In this document: positions 30,563 to 40,270 of the stretch, piece after piece
Layout: every line of letters begins with the position of its first letter
How positions within the stretch are numbered: position 1 is the first letter of the stretch
Assembly (NCBI GenBank): GCA_965209085.1
Contig: OZ242376.1
Span: 480,001-544,000, forward strand
DNA: 64,000 bases
Reading direction: 5' to 3'
Origin: Nitrosopumilaceae archaeon
GTDB taxonomy: Archaea > Thermoproteota > Nitrososphaeria > Nitrososphaerales > Nitrosopumilaceae
Notes under the pieces: model-generated
The model's input: only the letters and a program-made list of their open reading frames with translations
Database searches by the model: none
What the model was told of the DNA's origin: nothing
Translations under genes and position numbers: made by a program

Positions 30563-32479
30563 TTAGTTTCCTCTTATAATCTGCATAGTATCTCTTTGAA
30601 CTACAATAATTTTCGAACCTAAAAATTTCTTAATTTTGAAAATCATATATTTTTCATTCATACCAAACTCCCAGTTTTTATGTTTTTTATATTGATCATA
30701 TTTTTGGATCAATTCTTTTATTTGAGGATGATTACGATCACTGGATTTTAAATTGCGGCATGTATTACAATGATCTTTCTTAACACAATTCGAACTATAC
30801 GCACATTTACAGATCTTACATGTTTTTGCATCAAAACCACAATGTAATTTCATACAAATTCCACATGTTTCATAATGTGTTGCACAGAATAGATTATTAC
30901 AAATTCCACATTTTTTAGAATCATCTTCACATGACGGACTCTGACACGCCGTGCATTTTTTGATATCATTATTGCAAAATCTTCTAGAACAAATTCCACA
31001 TGTTTCAGAACAATGATCGCACGAAAACTCTGAACATTGTTGGCAATTTGTAACATGAGTTACGCATGATATTTTATTACAAATTCCACATTTATTAGAA
31101 TCTTCATCACAAATTAAAACATCACATACTGCACATTGATGCAAATCTCGACTACAAAACCGTCTTGAACAAAACCCACATGTTTCAGAACAAAAATAAC
31201 ATGAAAACTTTGAACAATGTTGGCAATTTGTAGCATGAATATTACATGTAATTTCAAAACAAAATTCACATGTTTTTGAACAATTATTACAAAATTCGTC
31301 TTTACATATATAGCATGAATTTAATTCTGAAGCACAATTTAAACAAAACTCATTATTGCAATTCAAACAATTTTTTATACAATTATCACACGTCGCATGT
31401 AAATTTTCACAAAGATGAATTGTTTCATTTTTACTTTGACAAATATCACAATATGTCACAAAGCTTGAAGAAGGATCTATGTACTGTGCTTTTAGACTAG
31501 TATTTTTATCTCCTTTTTGAATTGATAAAACGCAATCTAAAACACTGTATGAATATACCTGTGCAGCTAACAATGAGAAAGTTAGACTTGGCTTATATTT
31601 TTGAATAATATGTCTCAGTGCTGTTTGCTTATCGTTTCCAATTTTTTCAATATGTTTGACTGTTTCTTTTTCCATTTTTTTTATTTTATTTTTAAAATTT
31701 TCTTTTTTTTCAAAATATTTATGTGCAACATTAGCACTTTTAGCACGTAACATCCTTCGGTCAAATTCCTTAAGCTTATTTTCTTCATTTTTTAATTCAT
31801 CTTTAATTTCTTTTAATCGTTTTTGATCTTGAATATTTAACAATCCTATTTCATCATCTTTGTTTTGCTGTGTTAATCCCACATATTTTTCAACTTGAGG
31901 CATCATGTCACTTTCAAACTCTTTTATAGCTCTAGTATATGCATCACCAAATTTTTTATCACGTAAATTTAATTTTAGATTTTTTGTATTAAAATTCAAT
32001 TTATATGGCAATTCTAATAACGTTAATGATTCTAGATCAAAATCTATCCATCGTAATGATGATACATTTTTAATACTTTGTAGTGTTATATGAAAATAAA
32101 ATCTAATTCCTAATTTTTTATTTTCATTTTGTTCAACAAGTTCAATTTTAGAATTTTTGGCATTAATTTTATTTGTTATATCTGACGTGTTTTGTATATT
32201 TTTAGGAATTGATCCTACAACAACTGGTGCCTGTTTTTGTACTTCTCTTATAACGGTAGACAAAAAATTACTACCCGGAACTACTAATTCATAAAAATGA
32301 ATAGCTGCAACATCTGGATTAAACGTGATTTTTTTTCTATCACCACCAAATAATTTTGCAACTGTCGGTGGAAACGTTACATAGTATATTCCATCTTGTT
32401 CATTTACATCCGCATTTATTTCATCAAGATAATTCAATGTTAATTCTTTTGAAAATTGTAAAATAGTATTTTCGTCCAA
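30563..32479 (-). CDS. YqhG-like N-terminal region, coiled coil and long Cys-rich zinc-binding repeat array
   Basis: About 12-13 units of C-x2-C-x4-C-x2-[C/H/D]-x3; directly follows the SNF2 gene, as Bacillus yqhG pairs with yqhH (YqhG link is inference). Confidence 0.75.
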   Translation of the reverse strand: MDENTILQFSKELTLNYLDEINADVNEQDGIYYVTFPPTVAKLFGGDRKKITFNPDVAAIHFYELVVPGSNFLSTVIREVQKQAPVVVGSIPKNIQNTSDITNKINAKNSKIELVEQNENKKLGIRFYFHITLQSIKNVSSLRWIDFDLESLTLLELPYKLNFNTKNLKLNLRDKKFGDAYTRAIKEFESDMMPQVEKYVGLTQQNKDDEIGLLNIQDQKRLKEIKDELKNEENKLKEFDRRMLRAKSANVAHKYFEKKENFKNKIKKMEKETVKHIEKIGNDKQTALRHIIQKYKPSLTFSLLAAQVYSYSVLDCVLSIQKGDKNTSLKAQYIDPSSSFVTYCDICQSKNETIHLCENLHATCDNCIKNCLNCNNEFCLNCASELNSCYICKDEFCNNCSKTCEFCFEITCNIHATNCQHCSKFSCYFCSETCGFCSRRFCSRDLHQCAVCDVLICDEDSNKCGICNKISCVTHVTNCQQCSEFSCDHCSETCGICSRRFCNNDIKKCTACQSPSCEDDSKKCGICNNLFCATHYETCGICMKLHCGFDAKTCKICKCAYSSNCVKKDHCNTCRNLKSSDRNHPQIKELIQKYDQYKKHKNWEFGMNEKYMIFKIKKFLGSKIIVVQRDTMQIIRGN

Positions 32480-34240
32480 TTAAACATCCCCCAAGACAGA
32501 TAATTTGAAATTTGAAAATACTTCTGGATTGAATTCATTCATTGTTTCTTCAATTTTTGTTTTTTCATTATTCCATTCTTTCCCCAATGCAGAAAATTTA
32601 TTTATAATTTCTTGCTTACTATTAGATGAAATATATGATTCAAAAATTTTATTTTCAACCATATGTGGTCCATGATCTTCAAAAAGATCCAATTCCCCAA
32701 TAGTCATTTTAAACAAATTAACTTTTTCATAAAGTAATTTTAGAACATATTCTTCTATGGTGTCTTTGATGGAAAAATTATGGATAACCACATCTTCCTC
32801 TTGACCTATTCTATGGACTCTGCCTACTCTTTGTTCTACTTTCATTGGATTCCACGGTAGATCATAATTGACAACATTGTGACAGAATTGGAAGTTTTTC
32901 CCCTCACCACCAGCTTCTGTTGCAACCATGATCTGTGATTTTTTTTGGAATTCACTTGTAGCCACATCTCTTTCAGATGTGGACATTGAACCATTAAATT
33001 TAACCACGTTAAAATTTTCATCCCATAAACTATCATAAATATAATCTTGCGTGTCACGAAATTCAGTAAATATCAAAAATTTAGACTCTTCATCATTTCG
33101 AATAATTTCTTTTAATTTTATCATTTTGGTGTCTGTTTCAATCTTTTCTGCCAAATAAATTAATTCTTGAATTTTTTTATTTTCTTTTTGATCATCTTTC
33201 ATTTTTCTTCGAAGAGCAGGAATTGTGGCATAAGTGCTACTCGATAATTGTCTTTGCAATGTCATCAATGGTAAGACGACACTTCGATTCCTTCCCCATA
33301 AATTTTTAATATATTTTGTAGTCAACGAATATAGATTTTTTTCATAAATATTAGATTCTAAAATATGTGTTTTAGGAATTCTATCTGTAAATTCAATATA
33401 TCTTTTTACTTCATCTCTAGTTGTTCTAATAATCACTTGGGATAGAAGATCTTGTAGCTCATGTCTTTTTTCCATTACAAGCGCACGACTATTCTCATCT
33501 TGTAGATACGTTTTTGCGAAATTATTCCAAGTTCCAAGATGACCCGGTCTAACCAATTCGATCAAATTGTAAAGCTCTTTTAGATTATTTTGCATTGGTG
33601 TTGCAGATAATAATAATAGAAATTTTTTTGATAATTCTTTTACAAATTGATGTGCTTTAGTTTTTGAATTTTTTAATCTATGAGCCTCATCGACAATTAC
33701 CATGTCCCAATCAATAGAATTTATTTCCAATGCATTTTTTTCCATATGTACAGATGACAATGAAGCAATAAGCATATTATGACGATCATATCCCATAAAG
33801 TCGTCATCATCTTTACTCGCAATAAAATTTAATCCAAATTTTGACTCCATTTCAGATTTCCATTGTCCAACTAGTGATGGTGGTACAAGAATAAGTGCTG
33901 TTTTAATTAATCCTGTAGTATAATATTCTTTTAGTAAAATTCCTGCTTCTATAGTTTTACCGAGACCAACTTCATCCGCTAATAACGCATGTCCATTTAG
34001 ATCATTTTTAACACGTTGTGCCGCCAATATTTGATGATCAAAAATTGAAATTTTTGATTGAAGTGATTTTAATATAGTTAATTTTTTAGATTGTTGATTG
34101 ATGATGATATCGTACGCCATTAAGAGATTGTCTAATGATTTTTTATCGCTAAAATCAAGTTGTTGTAATTTATTTTTTACCCCAAATTTATCATCATAAT
34201 GTAAATCTACAAGATCTGATAAAATCAATTCATGATTCAT
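32480..34240 (-). CDS. SNF2/RapA-family helicase (YqhH-like)
   Basis: LADEVGLGKTIEAG, DEAHRL, LSATPMQN, TEAGGEG.NFQ, YDLPWNP..EQRVGRVHRIGQ. Confidence 0.93.
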   Translation of the reverse strand: MNHELILSDLVDLHYDDKFGVKNKLQQLDFSDKKSLDNLLMAYDIIINQQSKKLTILKSLQSKISIFDHQILAAQRVKNDLNGHALLADEVGLGKTIEAGILLKEYYTTGLIKTALILVPPSLVGQWKSEMESKFGLNFIASKDDDDFMGYDRHNMLIASLSSVHMEKNALEINSIDWDMVIVDEAHRLKNSKTKAHQFVKELSKKFLLLLSATPMQNNLKELYNLIELVRPGHLGTWNNFAKTYLQDENSRALVMEKRHELQDLLSQVIIRTTRDEVKRYIEFTDRIPKTHILESNIYEKNLYSLTTKYIKNLWGRNRSVVLPLMTLQRQLSSSTYATIPALRRKMKDDQKENKKIQELIYLAEKIETDTKMIKLKEIIRNDEESKFLIFTEFRDTQDYIYDSLWDENFNVVKFNGSMSTSERDVATSEFQKKSQIMVATEAGGEGKNFQFCHNVVNYDLPWNPMKVEQRVGRVHRIGQEEDVVIHNFSIKDTIEEYVLKLLYEKVNLFKMTIGELDLFEDHGPHMVENKIFESYISSNSKQEIINKFSALGKEWNNEKTKIEETMNEFNPEVFSNFKLSVLGDV

Positions 34241-34303
34241 ACATAGTTTGAATAATTTATCAATTATAAATTAATAGACCGAGACTATGTATGAGGTCAG
34301 ATA

Positions 34304-34648
34304 TTAAACGATATTGAGCACCCCTTCAAAGACGCTCTTACCGTGTGCCTTCCATGTCAAAATACACGTTAGAAAGTTTGACATTCTCTTCATGGATTTA
34401 GATCCTCTGATCTGACCACTTATCTTACGGCGAACCACATCCCGCAATGCACACTCGGCAGCATTGTTTGTGGGCGGAATGTTTTCATGTTCAACAAATG
34501 CAAACAGAGTCCTCGCTGCATTTTCCAACCGTTTGATCAGACTCTGCATTCCGGACATTTCAAAACTGCGGTATCCATCCAACATGAGGTCAAATGTGTA
34601 TTCAAACGTGTGCCGCACTCTTGCATCACAATTGGCATTGTTTTTGGC
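34304..34648 (-). pseudogene. IS66-family transposase C-terminal fragment
   Basis: IPPTNNAAECALRDVVRRKISGQIRG...TWKAHG resembles the IS66 TnpC end. Confidence 0.8.
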
Positions 34649-34875
34649 ATGACGTACTTGAATATGTCAAATCTAGAAAAGGACGAATCAGTTTAATTTA
34701 TCATCCATCGTATACGCCAGAGCTAAATCCGATAGAAATCCAGTGGCGCGTTTTACGAAAATGCATATAAAATGGACATTTTGAATCGATCAGACATATG
34801 AAAAAGAAAATTGACAGGGTCATACTGTCCAATCAGATGAAACTTGTCAAACTGCACGATTATCTAATTTTTTAG
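34648..34875 (+). pseudogene. IS630-family transposase C-terminal fragment with internal stop
   Basis: LIYHPSYTPELNPIEIQWRVLRKCI* (TAA at 34768-34770) then NGHFESIRHMK...HDYLIF*. Confidence 0.82.
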
Positions 34876-35295
34876 AAATAATAATGTGGGTAATTGTTAC
34901 TATGGAGATTGTATTCGTTGTGTTTGTGATAAAATGTAAATTATAAATTCTTATACTATAGTTGTTGACTATATGTTAGAACATTATTTTTTAATTTTAC
35001 TATTCCAACATCATTATCGTATTTCCAAAAAAATCCCACATATAACATTCATAATCATATATTAAACTCATATTTGATCACTTGTATGTACGTAAACTTG
35101 TACTTTATCAATGTTTCCAATTTGTTATTTTAACAACGTTGATTTGGTATTGACTGCTATAGGCATAATTGTTTCCATTTCATTAACATTAACACCATTT
35201 TTGTTCATTTAGAACATTTTTGTTTAGTTCTGAGATCCATATTTCAAGTCAAACATGGGTCCTGATAACGCAACAGAATCTCCATTAAGCAATAT

Positions 35296-35709
35296 TTAAG
35301 CACGGGTCAGAAAAGGACAGTACACGAAGCACCCGATAATGGTACTGCCACAGCTGCATTTGGTATTTTTCATGGTGTGCTTTACAGTACTGGTTGGATT
35401 GTGTTTGCGTGATGCTCCCTTATGACCTGGACGGCCGCCTGGTTTTTTTGATGGCAGTAATTCGCCATTTTCTCTTGCCTTGCGTATTTTGCGTTTTTCT
35501 TTCATATATTCAAGTAAGCGTGAAGAGGTTGGCGTGTTGGAGTTTTCGTAGTATGCAAGTCGATTCCGGAGAAGTATAATTCCCTTATTCTGTGCATCCA
35601 CCTGATGTGCATGCTCTGCTTTGAGATTACTGATCGTTTTATTCGTCTTTTCTGTAAAATCTCGTACAAATGCCTCCAATTCGTGATATGTGGGACGTTG
35701 ATTGCTCAT
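35296..35709 (-). pseudogene. IS66-family transposase N-terminal fragment
   Basis: Coiled coil, ENSNTPTSS, KKPGGRPGHKG and CxC; truncated. Confidence 0.8.
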
Positions 35710-35889
35710 GAGATGTATTATTTATTGATGGTATTTGGATCTAGATGATCGTGTGTATTGACTAATTTGTTAGTCATGAGGTAACATCATACTTATTTTG
35801 ATTGTATGGGAAAAATATGTAATTTTTAGTCATATTTGGGCACTTTAGCAAAAAGATTCCTTTAAATATGATTCCCGTGTTATTAATTC

Positions 35890-36030
35890 ATGACTGAAGA
35901 ATTGTGGACTGATGTTGAACGTAATGCCATGGATGAATTTAAAAACGAAGTTAAAAACAATGCTAAACCCGATAAACAGTTTGATACAGTAGAAGAGGGT
36001 ATAAAATGGATGGAAGAGATAAGAAATTAG
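35890..36030 (+). CDS. Unannotated 46-aa acidic protein, putative type II antitoxin
   Basis: MTEELWTDVERNAMDEFKNEVKNNAKPDKQFDTVEEGIKWMEEIRN*; overlaps the next ORF. Confidence 0.55.
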   Translation: MTEELWTDVERNAMDEFKNEVKNNAKPDKQFDTVEEGIKWMEEIRN

Positions 36031-36314
36031 CATGGACTACCACATATTATCCAAATGAATTTGATCCAAAATCTGAAAAATTTCAAACATTTCATGATGA
36101 TTATGATAAAATAAGCGTTATTGATGCAGATTATTGCCATAAAATCATAGAAAGTGTATATAAACTTGTTACAGATTTTCATATGAAGGACGTAAAATTC
36201 TGCGATATGCATTTTATAAAATATATCGGGAAATTCAAATTATTGGTTTGGACAGATGTTAGCACTTTAACATTCCATTTGAAATTTGTAGAGATCTCTA
36301 CTCTAAATGCTTGA
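36006..36314 (+). CDS. Putative RelE/ParE-like toxin (possibly degenerate)
   Basis: About 100 aa; W-x-T-Y-x-P-x-F N-terminus and C-terminal IGKFKLLVWTD...LKFVEI strands. Confidence 0.4.
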   Translation: MDGRDKKLAWTTTYYPNEFDPKSEKFQTFHDDYDKISVIDADYCHKIIESVYKLVTDFHMKDVKFCDMHFIKYIGKFKLLVWTDVSTLTFHLKFVEISTLNA

Positions 36315-36409
36315 TAGACAGACATAATTCCATTGGTTTGAACAAAACTCGATAATCTCTAAAACCAATTCAAGACAATATTTAAGCAAGGGTACGCAAA
36401 GAACAACGT

Positions 36410-38923
36410 ATGAGACATCATGTGACCCCCATATCATATAATCTTGAATTTGAACCCGATCTTAAGAAATTCACATTTTCAGGCAAATCGAAAATTACTG
36501 CCAAATGCAACACGCCTACATCAAAGATCACGATGGATTGCGCAGAACTAAAGATACACTCCTGCAAGGTTTATGCGGGAAAAAAACCCATAAAATGTAC
36601 AGTAAAGACTGATGCAAAATCTGAAGATCTAACAATATCACTTGACACACGAGTATCCGGATCAGTATACATTGATCTTGAATTTTCAGGAATTTTAAAC
36701 GACCGCTTACTTGGATTCTACCGCAGTACGTACATGCAGGGTGGCAAAAAAAGATACATGGCTACCACCCAGTTTGAGGCAGCGGATGCACGGCGTGCAT
36801 TCCCCTGTTGGGATGAACCTGAAGCAAAGGCCACTTTTGAGATATCACTTGTTGCAAAAAATACCCACACTGCGGTATCAAACATGCCAATAAAATCAAA
36901 AAAGAATCTTGGAGGGGGAAGAATACTCTACAAGTTTGGAAAAACACCGGTAATGTCCACGTATCTTGTATATCTTGGAGTGGGCGAGTTTGAATACACT
37001 TCTGGAAAATACGGCAAAACACAGGTGCGTGTAATCACCACAAAGGGTCACAAGAAAAAAACTGCATACGCACTAGATCTTGGAAAACGACTGTTAAAAG
37101 AATATGATGAATATTTTGGAATAAAATACCCGTTACCAAAACTGGACCTAATCGCGATACCGGACTTTGCAGCAGGTGCCATGGAAAACTGGGGGGCAAT
37201 AACATTCCGCGAGACCATACTGTTGTATGATTCAAAAACATCTTCAACTAGGACAAAACAATACATTGCAGAGGTAATATCACACGAGATTGCACACCAG
37301 TGGTTTGGCAACCTTGTAACCATGCAGTGGTGGAACGATCTGTGGCTCAACGAGAGCTTTGCCACGTACATGGCCACAAAATTCGTCGACAAACTCTACC
37401 CAAAATGGCACATGTGGGATCAGTTTCTAGGCGATGCAATGGCAGTAGCCATGAATTTAGACTCGTTAAAATCATCCCATCCAATAGACGTAAAGGTAAA
37501 CAGCCCCTCTGAGATACGCGAGATATTTGATGCCATATCATACGATAAAGGAGGCTGTCTATTACTCATGCTGGAAGATTACGTGGGAGAGCCAAAGTTT
37601 CGTGCAGGATTGCGCAAATATCTTGCAAAACACAAGTATGCAAATGCAAAGGGCTCTGACCTATGGGATGAAATAGGCAAAGTCTCACACATGCCCGTGC
37701 GTAAAGTGATGGAATCTTGGATTGGCCAGATGGGATTTCCACTGGTGAGTGCAAAAAAATCCAAAAACCGCATAATGTTGCAGCAAAGCCGATTTTTACG
37801 TGACGGCAAGGCAGGCCCTGGTAAATGGCCCATACCTGTAACTGTCGGATTTGAAAAGGCTACCTCAAAAACACTCCTAACCGGTACAAAAGGTTCAGTA
37901 TCTGCACCCAAAGGTACACAGGGATATCTTGTAAACCATGGACGGCGGGGATTTTACCGCGTACGGTATGATGAAGAATCTGTTTTGGATCTAAAATATG
38001 CTGTCCAGACCAAAAAAATACCCCACGTTGACAGATGGGCGGTACAAAACGACATGCACGAGCTGTGCACACAGGGCTCCATCCCGATACGTGAATACTT
38101 GGATTTCTCTGATGCATATCTTGCTGAAACTTCAGCATTGGCCTCATCTGATGTTGCAGCAAATCTTGCCACCCTACACCGCAGATCCATAGGGGAATCA
38201 TTTGAACCGGTACTACGCAATTATGCAAGAAACTTTTTTGCACGAGCCCTTATGCGTCTTGGATGGGATCCAAAAAACAATGAATCAAACGAGGATGCAA
38301 TGCTGCGGGCTCAGGCAGTTTCGGCATTGATCAGACTTGGTGATACGCACGTACAGCAAGAAGCGGTGGCACGCTTTGAGAAATTTGTAAAAAAACCTGA
38401 CACACTGCCAGCTGACCTTCGTGAGCCCGTATACTCTGCATACGCCTGGGTTGTAAATTCTCCCGCAGCATATGCTAGACTTGCACGCATGTACAAAAAT
38501 GCCTTCTCACAGGAAGAGAAACAGCGATTCCTGTCATCTTTATGCTCGTTTAAGGATAAAAAACTACTCTTAAAGACGCTAAACTTTTCTCTGACACCGT
38601 CTGTGCGTTCGCAAAACATGCAGCTGCCGATAATGCGAATTGCTGCAAATCCGAATGGAAAAGAGATACTCTGGCCGTGGATTGGAAAAAACTGGAAAAA
38701 ATTATCATCCAAAGTAGGATGTGGCAACCCGATCTTAAACCGCATAGTCTCAAGTCTGTCTCTTGTGGCAGGATCCAAAGATGTGCCTGCAATCAGGGAG
38801 TTTTTCAGGAAAAATCCCACTCCTGGGACAGAGCGTTCACTGCGGCAGGTCTTTGAACGTATATCCATAAACGAGGCGTTTTTGAAGCGTGCAAGAATTG
38901 AATTTGGCGGCCGGAAATCTTGA
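36410..38923 (+). CDS. pepN: M1 family aminopeptidase (PepN/tricorn-interacting factor-like)
   Basis: GAMEN, HEIAHQW-x18-E, YDKG, ERAP1-like C-terminus. Confidence 0.95.
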   Translation: MRHHVTPISYNLEFEPDLKKFTFSGKSKITAKCNTPTSKITMDCAELKIHSCKVYAGKKPIKCTVKTDAKSEDLTISLDTRVSGSVYIDLEFSGILNDRLLGFYRSTYMQGGKKRYMATTQFEAADARRAFPCWDEPEAKATFEISLVAKNTHTAVSNMPIKSKKNLGGGRILYKFGKTPVMSTYLVYLGVGEFEYTSGKYGKTQVRVITTKGHKKKTAYALDLGKRLLKEYDEYFGIKYPLPKLDLIAIPDFAAGAMENWGAITFRETILLYDSKTSSTRTKQYIAEVISHEIAHQWFGNLVTMQWWNDLWLNESFATYMATKFVDKLYPKWHMWDQFLGDAMAVAMNLDSLKSSHPIDVKVNSPSEIREIFDAISYDKGGCLLLMLEDYVGEPKFRAGLRKYLAKHKYANAKGSDLWDEIGKVSHMPVRKVMESWIGQMGFPLVSAKKSKNRIMLQQSRFLRDGKAGPGKWPIPVTVGFEKATSKTLLTGTKGSVSAPKGTQGYLVNHGRRGFYRVRYDEESVLDLKYAVQTKKIPHVDRWAVQNDMHELCTQGSIPIREYLDFSDAYLAETSALASSDVAANLATLHRRSIGESFEPVLRNYARNFFARALMRLGWDPKNNESNEDAMLRAQAVSALIRLGDTHVQQEAVARFEKFVKKPDTLPADLREPVYSAYAWVVNSPAAYARLARMYKNAFSQEEKQRFLSSLCSFKDKKLLLKTLNFSLTPSVRSQNMQLPIMRIAANPNGKEILWPWIGKNWKKLSSKVGCGNPILNRIVSSLSLVAGSKDVPAIREFFRKNPTPGTERSLRQVFERISINEAFLKRARIEFGGRKS

Positions 38924-39321
38924 GGAGAAAATTCCTAGCTCCAGTCCTGCTAGTAACAGTTACTGTATTTGCAGTCAGCTCGTATTGGCCTGATTCTGAT
39001 ATGCAGTATGAGGGCGATTTTACACTGGATGCTGTTTTTTATCCTGAAAGGAATGTCTTGGAGATATCATTTAAAGACGGTACAGGTATGATCTCAGATT
39101 CTACAATGCAGATACTTGGATTGCGTGAGCCGTTTTTGCGCCAATATTATGGTGTATCATTTACAGAAAATGTTGAATTCACCACCGAGCCTGAATACGG
39201 CTGGAAGGCTCATCCTATCATAGTGCGTTTTGATCACCCCCAGTACGGCGAGATTGGAATAAAGACTGAGGCTTATACTGTCGGCCAATCCGCACCTCTA
39301 CTCGTATACGAATCTCCATAG
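38920..39321 (+). CDS. Hypothetical secreted or membrane-anchored protein
   Basis: N-terminal signal/TM segment; overlaps pepN stop. Confidence 0.7.
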   Translation: MRRKFLAPVLLVTVTVFAVSSYWPDSDMQYEGDFTLDAVFYPERNVLEISFKDGTGMISDSTMQILGLREPFLRQYYGVSFTENVEFTTEPEYGWKAHPIIVRFDHPQYGEIGIKTEAYTVGQSAPLLVYESP

Positions 39322-39331
39322 ATGCCTTTTA

Positions 39332-40270
39332 TTGAGGGCGAATGTAATTTCATACATGGATGAGATTGTATTGGATCTCAAAAAAGGCAAGCGGAGTGCA
39401 ATTGCACGTGCCATTACAATGATTGAAAATGATCCCGTTCCGGCAAGGCGTATGATGAAAAAAATATTCCTTGATTCCAAAAAACGCTCTACTGTTATCG
39501 GCATTACAGGACCTGCCGGCTCTGGAAAAAGCTCACTAATTGATTTAATGGCACTGCATTTGCAAAAGAAAAAAAACAAACCTGCGATACTTGCAGTTGA
39601 TCCTACCAGCTCGATAACGGGGGGTGCCATGCTGGGGGATAGGGTACGCATGGTAGACTCTACTGATTCGGGAATATTCATGCGGAGTCTTGCATCAAGG
39701 AATGCCACAGGTGCGGTTGCCGTCTCTGTGCGAGATAGTATTCGGGTTTTAGAGTATGCTGGATTTAATCCAATATTGATTGAGAGCGTGGGTGCCGGAC
39801 AAACGGAGACTGCAATATCAAAGATAGTTGATGTAACAATAGTTGTCTTTACCCCAAATACTGGTGATAGCATACAGGCCATAAAGGCCGGATTGACAGA
39901 AATTGGAGACGTATACGTTGTAAACAAGAGTGATTTACCCGGCTCTGATCAGCTTTACAATGCAGTATGTGATTATATCTCTGACCCGTTAGGCTCACCT
40001 GTGATAAAGACGTCTGCAAAACGCCGCACCGGCATATCTTCACTAGTAAATGTGGCAATGGATGCCGCATCCAAGAAAATAGACGATCCTAAATTAGAGT
40101 TTGAACGTATGGGTGCAGAATTATCCGATATTGTTTTAAATATAATGTCAGAAAAAACGGATCTGATGACAAAATCTGAGGAATATCAAAGACTAGTCAA
40201 AAGGGTACATGATGGAAAAGTAGACCCGTATTCTGCTGCATCAAGACTTGCCCGGGGGATGGTAAAATAA
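39332..40270 (+). CDS. meaB: Methylmalonyl-CoA mutase-associated GTPase MeaB
   Basis: GPAGSGKSS, AVDPTS..TGGAMLGDRVRM, NKSD. Confidence 0.95.
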   Translation: MRANVISYMDEIVLDLKKGKRSAIARAITMIENDPVPARRMMKKIFLDSKKRSTVIGITGPAGSGKSSLIDLMALHLQKKKNKPAILAVDPTSSITGGAMLGDRVRMVDSTDSGIFMRSLASRNATGAVAVSVRDSIRVLEYAGFNPILIESVGAGQTETAISKIVDVTIVVFTPNTGDSIQAIKAGLTEIGDVYVVNKSDLPGSDQLYNAVCDYISDPLGSPVIKTSAKRRTGISSLVNVAMDAASKKIDDPKLEFERMGAELSDIVLNIMSEKTDLMTKSEEYQRLVKRVHDGKVDPYSAASRLARGMVK

